Source: Candidatus Latescibacterota bacterium
GTDB taxonomy: Bacteria; Latescibacterota; UBA2968
Assembly: GCA_965204745.1 (NCBI GenBank)
Contig: OZ242010.1
Coordinates: 160,001 to 224,000, forward strand
Direction: 5' to 3'
DNA length: 64,000 bases
Of the stretch, positions 45,447 to 53,949 are shown piece after piece. The notes below the pieces were generated by a model, which saw nothing but the letters and a program-made list of their open reading frames with translations, did no database searches and had not been told where the DNA came from. The position numbers and the translations under genes are program-made. The stretch's first letter is position 1; the number at the start of each line of letters is the position of its first letter.

Positions 45447-46393
45447 AAGTGGACATCCGAGACAGAGAAGCCTTGATCGCGGTTTCGCCTGCGGCCCTAT
45501 CGGCTTATGCTCGCGGTGTGGGTTGGATTAAGGGTGAGCCTTATGGCGACCATTCCGATGTGTATGATGCCGAGGGGTTGCCAGAAATCATTTTGCCGCG
45601 CACCCAATGCCTCGGCGACTACGCCCATGTCGTATCGCAACTCATCGAGATTTTTGCGCGTGTCGCCGAGGTGGATGAACTCGCGCTATACCGCGACTTG
45701 GTTACGGCGGATTACGATGTGATTCGGGTGCGTGCCGGCGGCAATGAAGGTGCAAAGGGCGATGTGTCCATAGACGCGGGAATCGACCTGATGTGCGGCG
45801 CACGCGATATGCTCGTAGCCACGGCCTGCTCGCTGGAGAAGCCACGTCCGCTCTATCGCACAAATACAATCAAAAAAGCCAGAGACGATTTGAGCCGCGT
45901 GCGCTTGGGGCAGACCGAACAAGGCAGTTTTGTCGTCACTTTGTTGATCCCTTGGACATCGCACTTTAAGCCTATTGAAAGGCGGATAACGAGACGCCTG
46001 TCAGATGCCTTGTCAGCTATCCAAAAAGCGACCAAAAGAACAAATGGCGGAGATGTAGAGGCGTTTTTCAATACCGTGTCTGATGGCGTAAGTGCCAATC
46101 TGTGCGAAGCACTCGTGAAACTCATTGAACCGTTCCCAACATTGGATATCAGCGTGGTTTGGGCACGCACGCGGCCGATGAAAACCGGGCGAGAGACCAT
46201 TCGTTTCGCCAAGGACGACGCGCCAATTTTGCGCGCGGTAGCACGGTCATTCCGACGAGAAACCGATTGGGAAACGTTGCCTCGCCACTTGCAGGATGCC
46301 GTTGACGCCAAGTTGATGGAAGAAGCGCGTGGGGAAAACAGCGCAACACTTCCTCTGAGAGGTCTCCTGCGTGAGACTGGAGAAGCACCGTAG
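45443..46393 (+). CDS. Conserved hypothetical partner of DUF4365 protein
   Basis: ATGA overlap with upstream gene; LGQTEQGSFVVTL and GVSANLCEAL motifs. Confidence 0.7.
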   Translation: MKVDIRDREALIAVSPAALSAYARGVGWIKGEPYGDHSDVYDAEGLPEIILPRTQCLGDYAHVVSQLIEIFARVAEVDELALYRDLVTADYDVIRVRAGGNEGAKGDVSIDAGIDLMCGARDMLVATACSLEKPRPLYRTNTIKKARDDLSRVRLGQTEQGSFVVTLLIPWTSHFKPIERRITRRLSDALSAIQKATKRTNGGDVEAFFNTVSDGVSANLCEALVKLIEPFPTLDISVVWARTRPMKTGRETIRFAKDDAPILRAVARSFRRETDWETLPRHLQDAVDAKLMEEARGENSATLPLRGLLRETGEAP

Positions 46394-46408
46394 CAATGGA
46401 GTTCTTTC

Positions 46409-47248
46409 ATGCGTGTATATCTCGATCGGTTGCGATATATTCTCGACCACGGCATCAAAAAAAATGATCGCACAGGCGTGGGGACGATCTCGTGTTTTGG
46501 TCTGCAAGCGCGTTACGCGATGGCCGATGGATTTCCGGCCGTGACGACCAAGCGATTGGTTTGGAGATCCCTGCTCTCGGAACTGCTGTGGTTTGTGTCT
46601 GGGTCGGACAACATCCATGATTTGAAAGCCCATTTGAAAAGCAACCGGCTGTGGGATGGCAATTACGCGGACTATTTGAATCGCTTGGGACTGGATGCAA
46701 ACGACGGTGGCATGGGGCGCATTTACGGGGTGCAATGGCGGTGCTGGCAAGGGGCCAATGGCGAGGTGGTGGATCAACTTCAAGAGGCGATAGATTTGAT
46801 TAGACACAATCCCGAGTCCCGGCGCATTCTGGTCAATGCGTGGAATGCGGCTGAAGTAAGTCCGCAAGACGTGGCCCTGCCCCCGTGTCACAACTTGTTT
46901 CAATTTTACGTGGCAGAGGGCAAATTGTCTTTGCAGATGTATCAGCGGTCCTGCGACATGTTTTTGGGCGTGCCCCTCAACATCGCGTCCTATTCCACAT
47001 TGTTGCACATGGTCGCCAAAATCACAGGGCTTGTGCCGCACGAATTTATTCACGTCCTCGGCGACGCCCACATTTACCTCAACCACCTCGACGCGGTCAA
47101 AGCGCAACTGTCTCGCACGCCGTATCCCCTGCCCCAGTTGCAGATTGCAGACCGCGGTCAAACCGAGATCGATGATTTTGTGATGGACGATTTTGAACTG
47201 ATCGATTACCAGCACCATCCGACCATCCGAGCGAAAATGGCGGTGTGA
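46409..47248 (+). CDS. thyA: Thymidylate synthase
   Basis: DRTGVGT, ELLWF, YGVQWR, SRR, ALPPCH, YQRSCD.FLGVP.NIASY, GDAHIY.NH. Confidence 0.97.
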   Translation: MRVYLDRLRYILDHGIKKNDRTGVGTISCFGLQARYAMADGFPAVTTKRLVWRSLLSELLWFVSGSDNIHDLKAHLKSNRLWDGNYADYLNRLGLDANDGGMGRIYGVQWRCWQGANGEVVDQLQEAIDLIRHNPESRRILVNAWNAAEVSPQDVALPPCHNLFQFYVAEGKLSLQMYQRSCDMFLGVPLNIASYSTLLHMVAKITGLVPHEFIHVLGDAHIYLNHLDAVKAQLSRTPYPLPQLQIADRGQTEIDDFVMDDFELIDYQHHPTIRAKMAV

Positions 47249-47288
47249 AGGCGGGGAGAGGGAAGAGGCAAGATACTCTCTTAAAAGG

Positions 47289-48296
47289 TCAAGGGGTTTT
47301 CGGGGTGATTCGATAGAATTTTTCGCCCTCAAAATCTTGGTCATGGCGCAACATGCCCCAGATCGAATGGAGCAACTTTCGCATCACCGCAACGATAGCC
47401 TGCAAAGGTTTCTTGCCGCGGGCGATGAGTTGGTCATAGAAGGCTTTGACATGGCCTTCGTGTCTGATGGCCACCCAGGCAGGCATATAGAGGGCATGGC
47501 GGAGGTACTTATTCCCGGTTTTCGAGATGCGTCTTTGTGGATTGGCGGTTCCGGATTGTTTGGGTTTGGGATCCAGGCCTGCATGTGCGACCCACTGGGG
47601 CGGTTGCATCTCCTCTGGCAAAAGGGTCAACTCGGCCAAGAGCCGCAAGGCACTCGTTTGCGCGATGCCAGGCGTCGAGCAGAGGCGTTGGTAGGCACGC
47701 TTGAGGGGCTCATCGTGCAAAACGAGATCGAGGGCTTGGCTTTCCAAGTATGCAATCCGGCGTTTGAAGTGTCGAATATTCACCTGAATATCGCGTGCGA
47801 TGAGACGTGTGCTGCGGATGTGGTAGCTCTGCGCGTGGTTGCGGCTCTGTTCGCGGATGATCTCCTGCTTGAGTTGGTCAATGCGTCTGGTGAGGGCTTG
47901 CAGTTGAAGCCGTTGCTCGCTCGGCGCTTGCCAAGGCACAAAAGGCATGCGCTCGGCATAGTCGAGGATCAACAACGCATCCTTCGCATCCGTCTTCGCC
48001 CGTTGCATGCAGGCTTGGGCGTACTTGCTCATCGCTTTGGGATTGACGACCATGACCTTTGTGTGGCGATGCCGATGCAAGGCCAAGGCCACCCCCAAAC
48101 TGTAAAGCCCGGTCGCTTCGAGGCACACAGAGACCATGTGCCCGCCCTTCGTGAGCCACTTCAGCAACCGCTTATGCGCTTGGGGATCATTGGCAAAGGT
48201 CGCTTGCATGACAGCTTGTCCGGGTCTGGACAGGGCAACGGACAACGTGCGGGCACTGACATCAATGCCGGCAAAAGCGGGGTGAGATTTCGACAT
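47289..48296 (-). CDS. IS110 DEDD recombinase/transposase
   Basis: GIDVS, LEATG, KTDAKDA, PGI, AGLDP..QSG, SK.GN.YLR.ALY, A.VAVMRKL; AGGAGG RBS before ATG 48296. Confidence 0.95.
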   Translation of the reverse strand: MSKSHPAFAGIDVSARTLSVALSRPGQAVMQATFANDPQAHKRLLKWLTKGGHMVSVCLEATGLYSLGVALALHRHRHTKVMVVNPKAMSKYAQACMQRAKTDAKDALLILDYAERMPFVPWQAPSEQRLQLQALTRRIDQLKQEIIREQSRNHAQSYHIRSTRLIARDIQVNIRHFKRRIAYLESQALDLVLHDEPLKRAYQRLCSTPGIAQTSALRLLAELTLLPEEMQPPQWVAHAGLDPKPKQSGTANPQRRISKTGNKYLRHALYMPAWVAIRHEGHVKAFYDQLIARGKKPLQAIVAVMRKLLHSIWGMLRHDQDFEGEKFYRITPKTP

Positions 48297-48349
48297 GGGG
48301 GCCTCCTGTGATGAGGGGGTTGTAAGGGATCTGGTGCGCGCTCGGGGTC

Positions 48350-48535
48350 GCGTCCCGACCATTGACGCCAAGTCTACCGGTCTTGTATATGCAGCCTCAA
48401 GGGGCTTAGATACTCTTCGGCATAGACCCGGCGGTCGGGGGGCCTATCTTACCTACAAGGTCATCGCCTTCAAGAGGGGCCGGCCTTCCCCGAGCCGGGC
48501 ATCAAGATGGCTTATCTCGATACGAGGGCGCAACT
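48350..48535 (-). ncRNA. Predicted IS110 bridge RNA, copy 1
   Basis: 5' hairpin, then two internal loops: LTG CCCCTCTT (48479-48472), RTG AGGTAAGA (48454-48447), LDG AGAGTATCT (48416-48408), RDG ATACAAGA (48388-48381), matching target and donor junctions. Ends approximate. Confidence 0.85.
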
Positions 48536-48645
48536 CCTAATTAACCCTTACTTCCAAGATACAAGAGGGGAGACGCGAGAGGGGAGAGGGAAGTTTAGTC
48601 ACGAGCGGTACAACTGGCGACAGATTGAAGGAGATGACGAAATGA

Positions 48646-48771
48646 AAAAGAGCGATTTCGAGCAAACCAGCGAACTTCGATCCAAAATTTGACCTCGACA
48701 GCGACGGAGAGGTCGGCTTTTCCGATTTCATCATTTTTGTCGATTCTTTTGGCAAACCCGTCAATGGATAA
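48646..48771 (+). pseudogene. Orphan 3' fragment encoding an EF-hand/dockerin-like C-terminal domain
   Basis: PANFDPKFDLDSDGEVGFSDFIIFVDSFGKPVNG-stop, with in-frame stop at 48643 and no start. Confidence 0.65.
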
Positions 48772-48809
48772 TCCTTTCGCTTTATCGTCATCCCTTTGAG
48801 TGCGAAACC

Positions 48810-49379
48810 GTGGAACGCTTTCTCATTTTGGTCAAACACGCGATGCCTCGCATTGACGAGACGAAATCCGCCGCAGACTGGCACCTGTCTGAGCGCGGCC
48901 GGGCGAGTTGTCTCGATCTCGCCGAGGCGTTGCGTCCCTATAACCCCGACCTTTTTGTCACGAGCGACGAACCCAAAGCGCGAGAAACAGGTCAACGCGC
49001 CGCCGAACACCTTCGGCTTCCCTGTTCACCCGTCCCCAATCTGCATGAACACGACCGCAAAGGCGTTCCCTTTATGCGCCGAGAAATCTGGCATGCCACG
49101 CTAAAAACCTTCTTTGCTCGCCCCGACGACCTGATCTTGGGCAATGAAACGGCAAATCAAGCGCGGCTTCGGTTCAGCCGAGCGGTTGAAGCAGTTGTGA
49201 AAACGCACCCCCACAAAACCATCGCCATCGCCACACACGGCACGGTCATCTCTTTATTCGTCGCGCAAAAAACGCGAACCAATGGCTTCGATCTCTGGCA
49301 ACGCTTGGGCTTGCCCTCGTATGTGGTGCTCGACCTGCCGGACTACAACTTGCACGCCCTTGCAGAACGGATAGGATAA
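48810..49379 (+). CDS. Histidine phosphatase (phosphoglycerate mutase) family protein
   Basis: LILVKHA, LSERG, TS.E.KA.ET, LHE, IATHG. Confidence 0.85.
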   Translation: MERFLILVKHAMPRIDETKSAADWHLSERGRASCLDLAEALRPYNPDLFVTSDEPKARETGQRAAEHLRLPCSPVPNLHEHDRKGVPFMRREIWHATLKTFFARPDDLILGNETANQARLRFSRAVEAVVKTHPHKTIAIATHGTVISLFVAQKTRTNGFDLWQRLGLPSYVVLDLPDYNLHALAERIG

Positions 49380-49507
49380 CGCGCCGCATTCTCAACGGAA
49401 AAAAATCTCCTTCACTTGCTTTGCCTGTGCAACTCGACAAACAGGCCGGTATTTTGTAAAAAGCAAGCACATCGTAGCCATTTTGATATGAAAGGGGCCC
49501 CACGCCA

Positions 49508-49795
49508 ATGATCTACGCAATCATACCTTTTCAGCGGAGTAAAAAAGAAAAACTTCGCAACAAAGTAGAGACACTCGGGATTCCCGTCTATACTGACGAA
49601 GCCCCCACCGCTTACTTTGTGTCGTACAACGGGACGACGCGCGAATTGGCCGAAGCTATCGGGTTTAGCAATGGCGAGTCGGGTACGGGTATCGTCATAC
49701 CGGTCTCGAATTACTACGGTTATGCAGCCAAAGACCTCTGGGAGTGGATCAACATCCACGAACATGACTATGTAGTAGGATGGCCGCGGATATGA
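49508..49795 (+). CDS. Small hypothetical protein
   Basis: Natural-looking 95-aa ORF ending YYGYAAKDLWEWI; GGGG RBS; overlaps next gene. Confidence 0.6.
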   Translation: MIYAIIPFQRSKKEKLRNKVETLGIPVYTDEAPTAYFVSYNGTTRELAEAIGFSNGESGTGIVIPVSNYYGYAAKDLWEWINIHEHDYVVGWPRI

Positions 49796-50160
49796 CACCT
49801 GACCAAAACAACAATGCAGAGAACGCTGAAAACCGGGAACTCAGCCCTCCGCCACGTCCAGAATCGCCATCCCATTCTCCTGGAGACACGAGTCAGTGGA
49901 TCATGCGGAGTCTCAACATGATTAACGACACACTCGACGAGATTAGAAAAGACATCAGCGATCTAAAAGACCGAGTCGCTCGCGTGGAAGAAAAGGTCGA
50001 ATCGATCTCACGGGTTGAAAGTGGATTGCAGAGCCTGGAAAAAAGAGTGCGGAAGCTTGAAAATCGCTTTTGGGTCGCCGTCGGAATTTTTGTGGTTATT
50101 ATCTTTTTGGCGCGCATATTTCTCCCCGATTTTGACATCGCGATCACACCAAAGCCATAA
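49780..50160 (+). CDS. Coiled-coil protein with C-terminal TM helix (XhlA-like architecture)
   Basis: Heptad L/V/I pattern then FWVAVGIFVVIIFLA. Confidence 0.65.
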   Translation: MAADMTPDQNNNAENAENRELSPPPRPESPSHSPGDTSQWIMRSLNMINDTLDEIRKDISDLKDRVARVEEKVESISRVESGLQSLEKRVRKLENRFWVAVGIFVVIIFLARIFLPDFDIAITPKP

Positions 50161-50331
50161 GGCAAGCGTCTATCGTAGGCAACGACTTGACGCGGGGAAA
50201 GGGAACGGAAAATCAGTGAGATAAATCAGCCCGAACCCGTAGGGATTATTCAGTAATCACTCAAACAGTCAGGAGTAGCGTGTCGAAAATAAATTGTCAA
50301 CATTTGTTCATAAAAGCCGAATGTTATTACT

Positions 50332-50925
50332 ATGGCTTATGTAAATACGCGCAAAGCAGTTGCTTTGCTTGGCGTTCATCCGAATACGTTGCGTAAGTGG
50401 GCGAATGACGGTCGGATTGAACATATCCGCAGTCCAGGTGGACGGAGACTTTACAATGTCGATGCGTTCTTGCGGGAAGAAGTTGGCGTTGCCGTTGTGT
50501 GCTATGCACGGGTTAGCAGTGATGCCCAAAAAGACGACTTGCGAGGGCAAGTTGCACTCTTGCGATCCCGTTATCCCGGAGCAGAGATCGTCAAAGACAT
50601 TGGCGGGGGCCTCAACTAAAAGCGGAAAGGACTTGTCGCCCTACTGGAACGCTTACACAGCGGAGAGAAGTTGCGAATTGTGGTTGCCCACCAAGACCGC
50701 CTTGCACGGTTCGGCTTTGAACTTATTGAGTGGTTGGCAAAGCAAAACGGGGGCGAGATCGTGGTTCTCGACGAGTCAAGTTGCAGTCCAGAACAAGAAC
50801 TCACGCAGGATATTTTGTCCATTCTCCATACGTTCTCTTGTCGGCTGTCCGGACTCCGCAAGTATCGTGACAAAATCGAGAAAGATAAGAGTCTCTCTGA
50901 CAAGCGAGCAGAAGGCGTTGGTTAA
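50332..50925 (+). pseudogene. tnpA: IS607 TnpA serine recombinase with internal nonsense codon
   Basis: MerR-like HTH (LGVHPNTLRKW), YARVSS, GGGLN-TAA(50617)-KRKGL in the same frame, DRLARFG. Confidence 0.9.
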
Positions 50926-52008
50926 GTTATGGATGGATGGTAGCCGTTGGTGGTATAACGAGGCGGTGTCTTTGTATCGTTTGGGATATGATTTGTCTGA
51001 GTATGAGATGCGTGCTATTGTTCGTGCGGTGAGTCCTGAGTGGTTTGCGGATGTTCCGAGCAAGATATTGTCTGGTGCGATAACGGATGCTCATAGGGCT
51101 AACCGTGCGGTAAAGAAGAAGCGTAAGCAGTTGAAGGATAGAGGTATAAAGCGTAAGGTTGAGTTGGATTTTCGTAATCGTAAGGATCCTATTCAGTCGT
51201 TTTCGTTGTGTAATGTGGCATGGAACAAGGCTTTGACGACGATCTATCCTCGCAGTCTTGGCGATATTCGTTTGTCCGAGCCTGTCTCTGTTGTACCGAG
51301 GGATGGTCGTTTGGTCAGTCACAATGGCAGGCCTATGTGACCGTGCCCTATTCAAGTCCACAACACGTAGCCGAGAACCAAGGGCGTGTTGTGGCACTTG
51401 ATCCAGGTATTCGCAGTTTTTTGACGTTCTTTTTTCAAACAGATTGTGGCAAGATTGGCGACGGTGACTTTGGTCGTATTCAGCGTTTGTGTGTTCATCT
51501 TGACGGGTTGATCGGTCGCATGACAAAGGCCATCGGCTTTCGCCAGGTGCGTTTGAAGCGTGCCTGCCATCGCATGCGGTGGCGCATCCGAGACTTGATC
51601 GATGAACGCCACAAACAGACTGCTCGCTGGCTGGTGGACAACTACGATGTGATTCTTCTGCCCACATTTGAGACCAGCGAGATGGTTGTGCGTGGCAAGC
51701 GTTGCCTTCGTCGTAAGTCTGTTCGCAGTCTGTTGACCTTTGCTCATTACCGCTTCAAGCAGTTCCTCAAGCACAAGGCGTTTGAAACTGGCAAGTTGGT
51801 CTTGGATGTGAACGAGGCATACACGTCCAAAACAGTCAGTTGGACAAGCGAGATTGTAAAGAACTTGGGCGGAGCGAAAGGCATTCGTAGCAGGAAAGAT
51901 GGTCAAGCGATGGATCGAGATATCAACGGCGCACGGGGTATTTTTCTCCGTGCTTTGGGGGATACACCCAAGTTGCGGAACTGTTTGGATGCAACTTGCA
52001 CTGGTTGA
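50360..52008 (+). pseudogene. tnpB: IS607 TnpB RNA-guided nuclease (pro-Fanzor-type motifs), frameshift near 51330
   Basis: KSRKIRV..EQK..W....RWWYN; HNG / AYVTVPY frame change; ALDPGIRSF, NEAYTSKT, DRDINGARGI. True start uncertain. Confidence 0.88.
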
Positions 52009-52068
52009 ACACTTATTGATTTGCTTAGGTTGTTAATAAGGGTCAACAGAAAGGTATCAGATAGGCAC

Positions 52069-52272
52069 ATGGACGACCGAATCTCCATCGATCCCAAAGT
52101 GTATCACGGTCAAGCATGCATTCGAGGAACGCGCCTTCCCGTGCATCAAATCCTCCGAATGCTCGCTAATGGGGATACTGTTGAAGACCTCCTTCGAGAA
52201 TATCCCTCTGTGACGTGGGAAGATATCCGCGCTTGCTTTGACTATGCAGCGTCATTGGCTGAAACCGCTTGA
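52069..52272 (+). CDS. DUF433 antitoxin
   Basis: RISIDPKV.HGQACIRGTRLPV..IL.MLANG.T.EDLL.EYP.V..EDI.A...YAA. Confidence 0.92.
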   Translation: MDDRISIDPKVYHGQACIRGTRLPVHQILRMLANGDTVEDLLREYPSVTWEDIRACFDYAASLAETA

Positions 52273-52290
52273 TAGCCCCTTGGATGAGGT

Positions 52291-52653
52291 ATGAAAATCT
52301 TCGTCGACGAGCATATTCCCCTCATGACGGTCCAAGCCCTGCACCTGAGGGGGCATGATGTCCGTGATATTCGCGGTACCCCAAATGAAGGAATGCAAGA
52401 CGACGCATTGTGGGAAATGGCACAACGGGAAGCGCGTCTGTTGATTACGACTGACAAGGGCTTTATGCACTACCGCACAGTGTCGCACTATGGGGTGCTC
52501 ATCATCCTGCTACGACAACCGAACCGCCACGAGATTCACCAACGCATTATGCAAGCACTAGGACAGTTTGACGACGCGGAATGGCCCGATTTGCTGGTGG
52601 TCATGCGGGATATTGCCCAGCGTACATGGCACAGTACTACGCGCAGAAGTTGA
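52291..52653 (+). CDS. DUF5615 PIN-like toxin (VapC45-like)
   Basis: MKIFVDEHIP, L..GHDV, G..D, A..E.RLLITTDKGF, H.GV. Confidence 0.88.
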   Translation: MKIFVDEHIPLMTVQALHLRGHDVRDIRGTPNEGMQDDALWEMAQREARLLITTDKGFMHYRTVSHYGVLIILLRQPNRHEIHQRIMQALGQFDDAEWPDLLVVMRDIAQRTWHSTTRRS

Positions 52654-52712
52654 AACGAATAGAGCGCGGGGAATGGCAACTGCACCACCGCCGCTTAAAA
52701 AAGGAAAACACT

Positions 52713-53516
52713 ATGCAACTGATAGAAATAGGGAGAAAGGACTGGGTCTTTCGAGATCCGACGATTACCGATGAGATCCAGCAAAAACTCGATCGAGCAT
52801 TGGATACCTGGGAAGCGGGTCAGGTTGAACGGGCAAAAAAAATGCTTCGCGCTATCATCGAGGAGTGTCCCAATCACATCGATGCGTGCCATCATTTATC
52901 GCTTATCTACGAGGAGCAAGGTAGAACATTGGAGGCTTACGTTTTCTGCCAAGCTGCCGTCAGCATCGGGTTGCAAGCGATTCCCGAGAAATTCAAATGG
53001 GAGCAATCAACAGTCACATGGGGTCTGTTGGATAATCGTCCATTCCTGAGAGCGTACCATAATCTTGGTTTGTGGCATTTCCATAACGATAGGTACGACG
53101 ATGCAATTGAGATTTTTGAGAGACTCCTATTTGTTAATCCAAACGACAATCAGGGAGTCAGATATCTGTTGCCGATCTGTTGGTTTGAAAAAGACGAATT
53201 ATCGGCAATTCTCGATCTCTGCCACCAATACTCGGATGATATTGGTCCCGCAATTCTCTACTCTGAGGCATTGGCACTTGCACTCCTTGGGCGAGGCGAG
53301 GAGGCGCGAGCGGCGCTGAAGAATTGTGTTCTTAAACTGCCGTTGGTCGGCAAGGAGCTTTTGAAGAAGCGACATCCCAAGCCGAAATTCCGAATAGAGG
53401 GTTATATTACTCATGGAGACCATGCTCAAGCCTATGAATATTGGAGAGATTTCGGCAAATACTGGTCAGATTCGGAATCCGCGATGAAACTTTTGAGACG
53501 GGCAATGAAACGATGA
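52713..53516 (+). CDS. Tetratricopeptide-repeat protein
   Basis: AAGGA RBS + ATG 52713; TPR helices; W..LDNRPFLRA and NPNDNQGVRYLL motifs. Confidence 0.75.
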   Translation: MQLIEIGRKDWVFRDPTITDEIQQKLDRALDTWEAGQVERAKKMLRAIIEECPNHIDACHHLSLIYEEQGRTLEAYVFCQAAVSIGLQAIPEKFKWEQSTVTWGLLDNRPFLRAYHNLGLWHFHNDRYDDAIEIFERLLFVNPNDNQGVRYLLPICWFEKDELSAILDLCHQYSDDIGPAILYSEALALALLGRGEEARAALKNCVLKLPLVGKELLKKRHPKPKFRIEGYITHGDHAQAYEYWRDFGKYWSDSESAMKLLRRAMKR

Positions 53517-53594
53517 ATCGCACGGGTGAAAGCATCCTCGCAAAACCATCGCCATGTGCGGCACGGTCATCGCTTTCTTCGTCGCGCCAAAACC

Positions 53595-53626
53595 AAAACC
53601 CGACCACCTGAGTGGCCGGGTTTTTT
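53595..53626 (+). terminator. Intrinsic terminator
   Basis: AAAACCCGACCAC-CTGA-GTGGCCGGG-T6. Confidence 0.65.
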
Positions 53627-53653
53627 GGATGATTCTCGATCTCTCTCTCGTGA

Positions 53654-53740
53654 ATACCAAATTGAATTGCTGTTGTCCTACTATACTGGAACACGTCAAC
53701 GAGTCACTGCTTCGGACAGGCACGGGGGCCTGTCTCTACG
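53654..53740 (+). repeat. Dispersed element family C ending in GTAG-type REP palindrome
   Basis: Direct copy at 58134-58218; ends CGGACAGGCACGGGGGCCTGTCYCTAC. Confidence 0.85.
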
Positions 53741-53757
53741 GGTGATGGCGGCGGGAG

Positions 53758-53860
53758 ATGCAAAGGACATAGCGGAGTGGGAACGATGAAGCGGCGGCAG
53801 GGCGGTGTGGGGTAATCCGTGCAATCCCCTAATCCGCGAAAATCCGCGATTCAGACACGG
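53758..53860 (+). repeat. Dispersed element family B
   Basis: Matches 23824-23926. Confidence 0.8.
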
Positions 53861-53949
53861 CGGGGTGGGGAAGGGACGGGAACGCACGGGCGGGGGGTAA
53901 GGACGAAGCAGTGGATCGACTTGGCGGTGAAAAAATCGGGAGATGAGCC

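Larger units (their letters stand above)
47270..48566 (-). mobile_element. IS110 family element, copy 1
   Basis: Bounded by AAGA cores (47270-47273, 48563-48566); homology to copy 2 starts and stops at these points; no TIR. Confidence 0.92.
50280..52060 (+). mobile_element. IS607 family element (decayed)
   Basis: tnpA serine recombinase + overlapping tnpB, with GT-rich composition shift; ends approximate (GTGTCGAAAA.. / ..AAGGTATCAG). Confidence 0.85.

Noticed and set aside
47337-48311. 324-aa plus-strand ORF (and 385-aa ORF 56558-57715)
   Set aside because: Antisense to the IS110 transposases; no recognisable motifs.
50617-50619. Stop-codon recoding in tnpA
   Set aside because: TAA terminates many genes in the window and tnpB is also broken, so simple decay is more likely.
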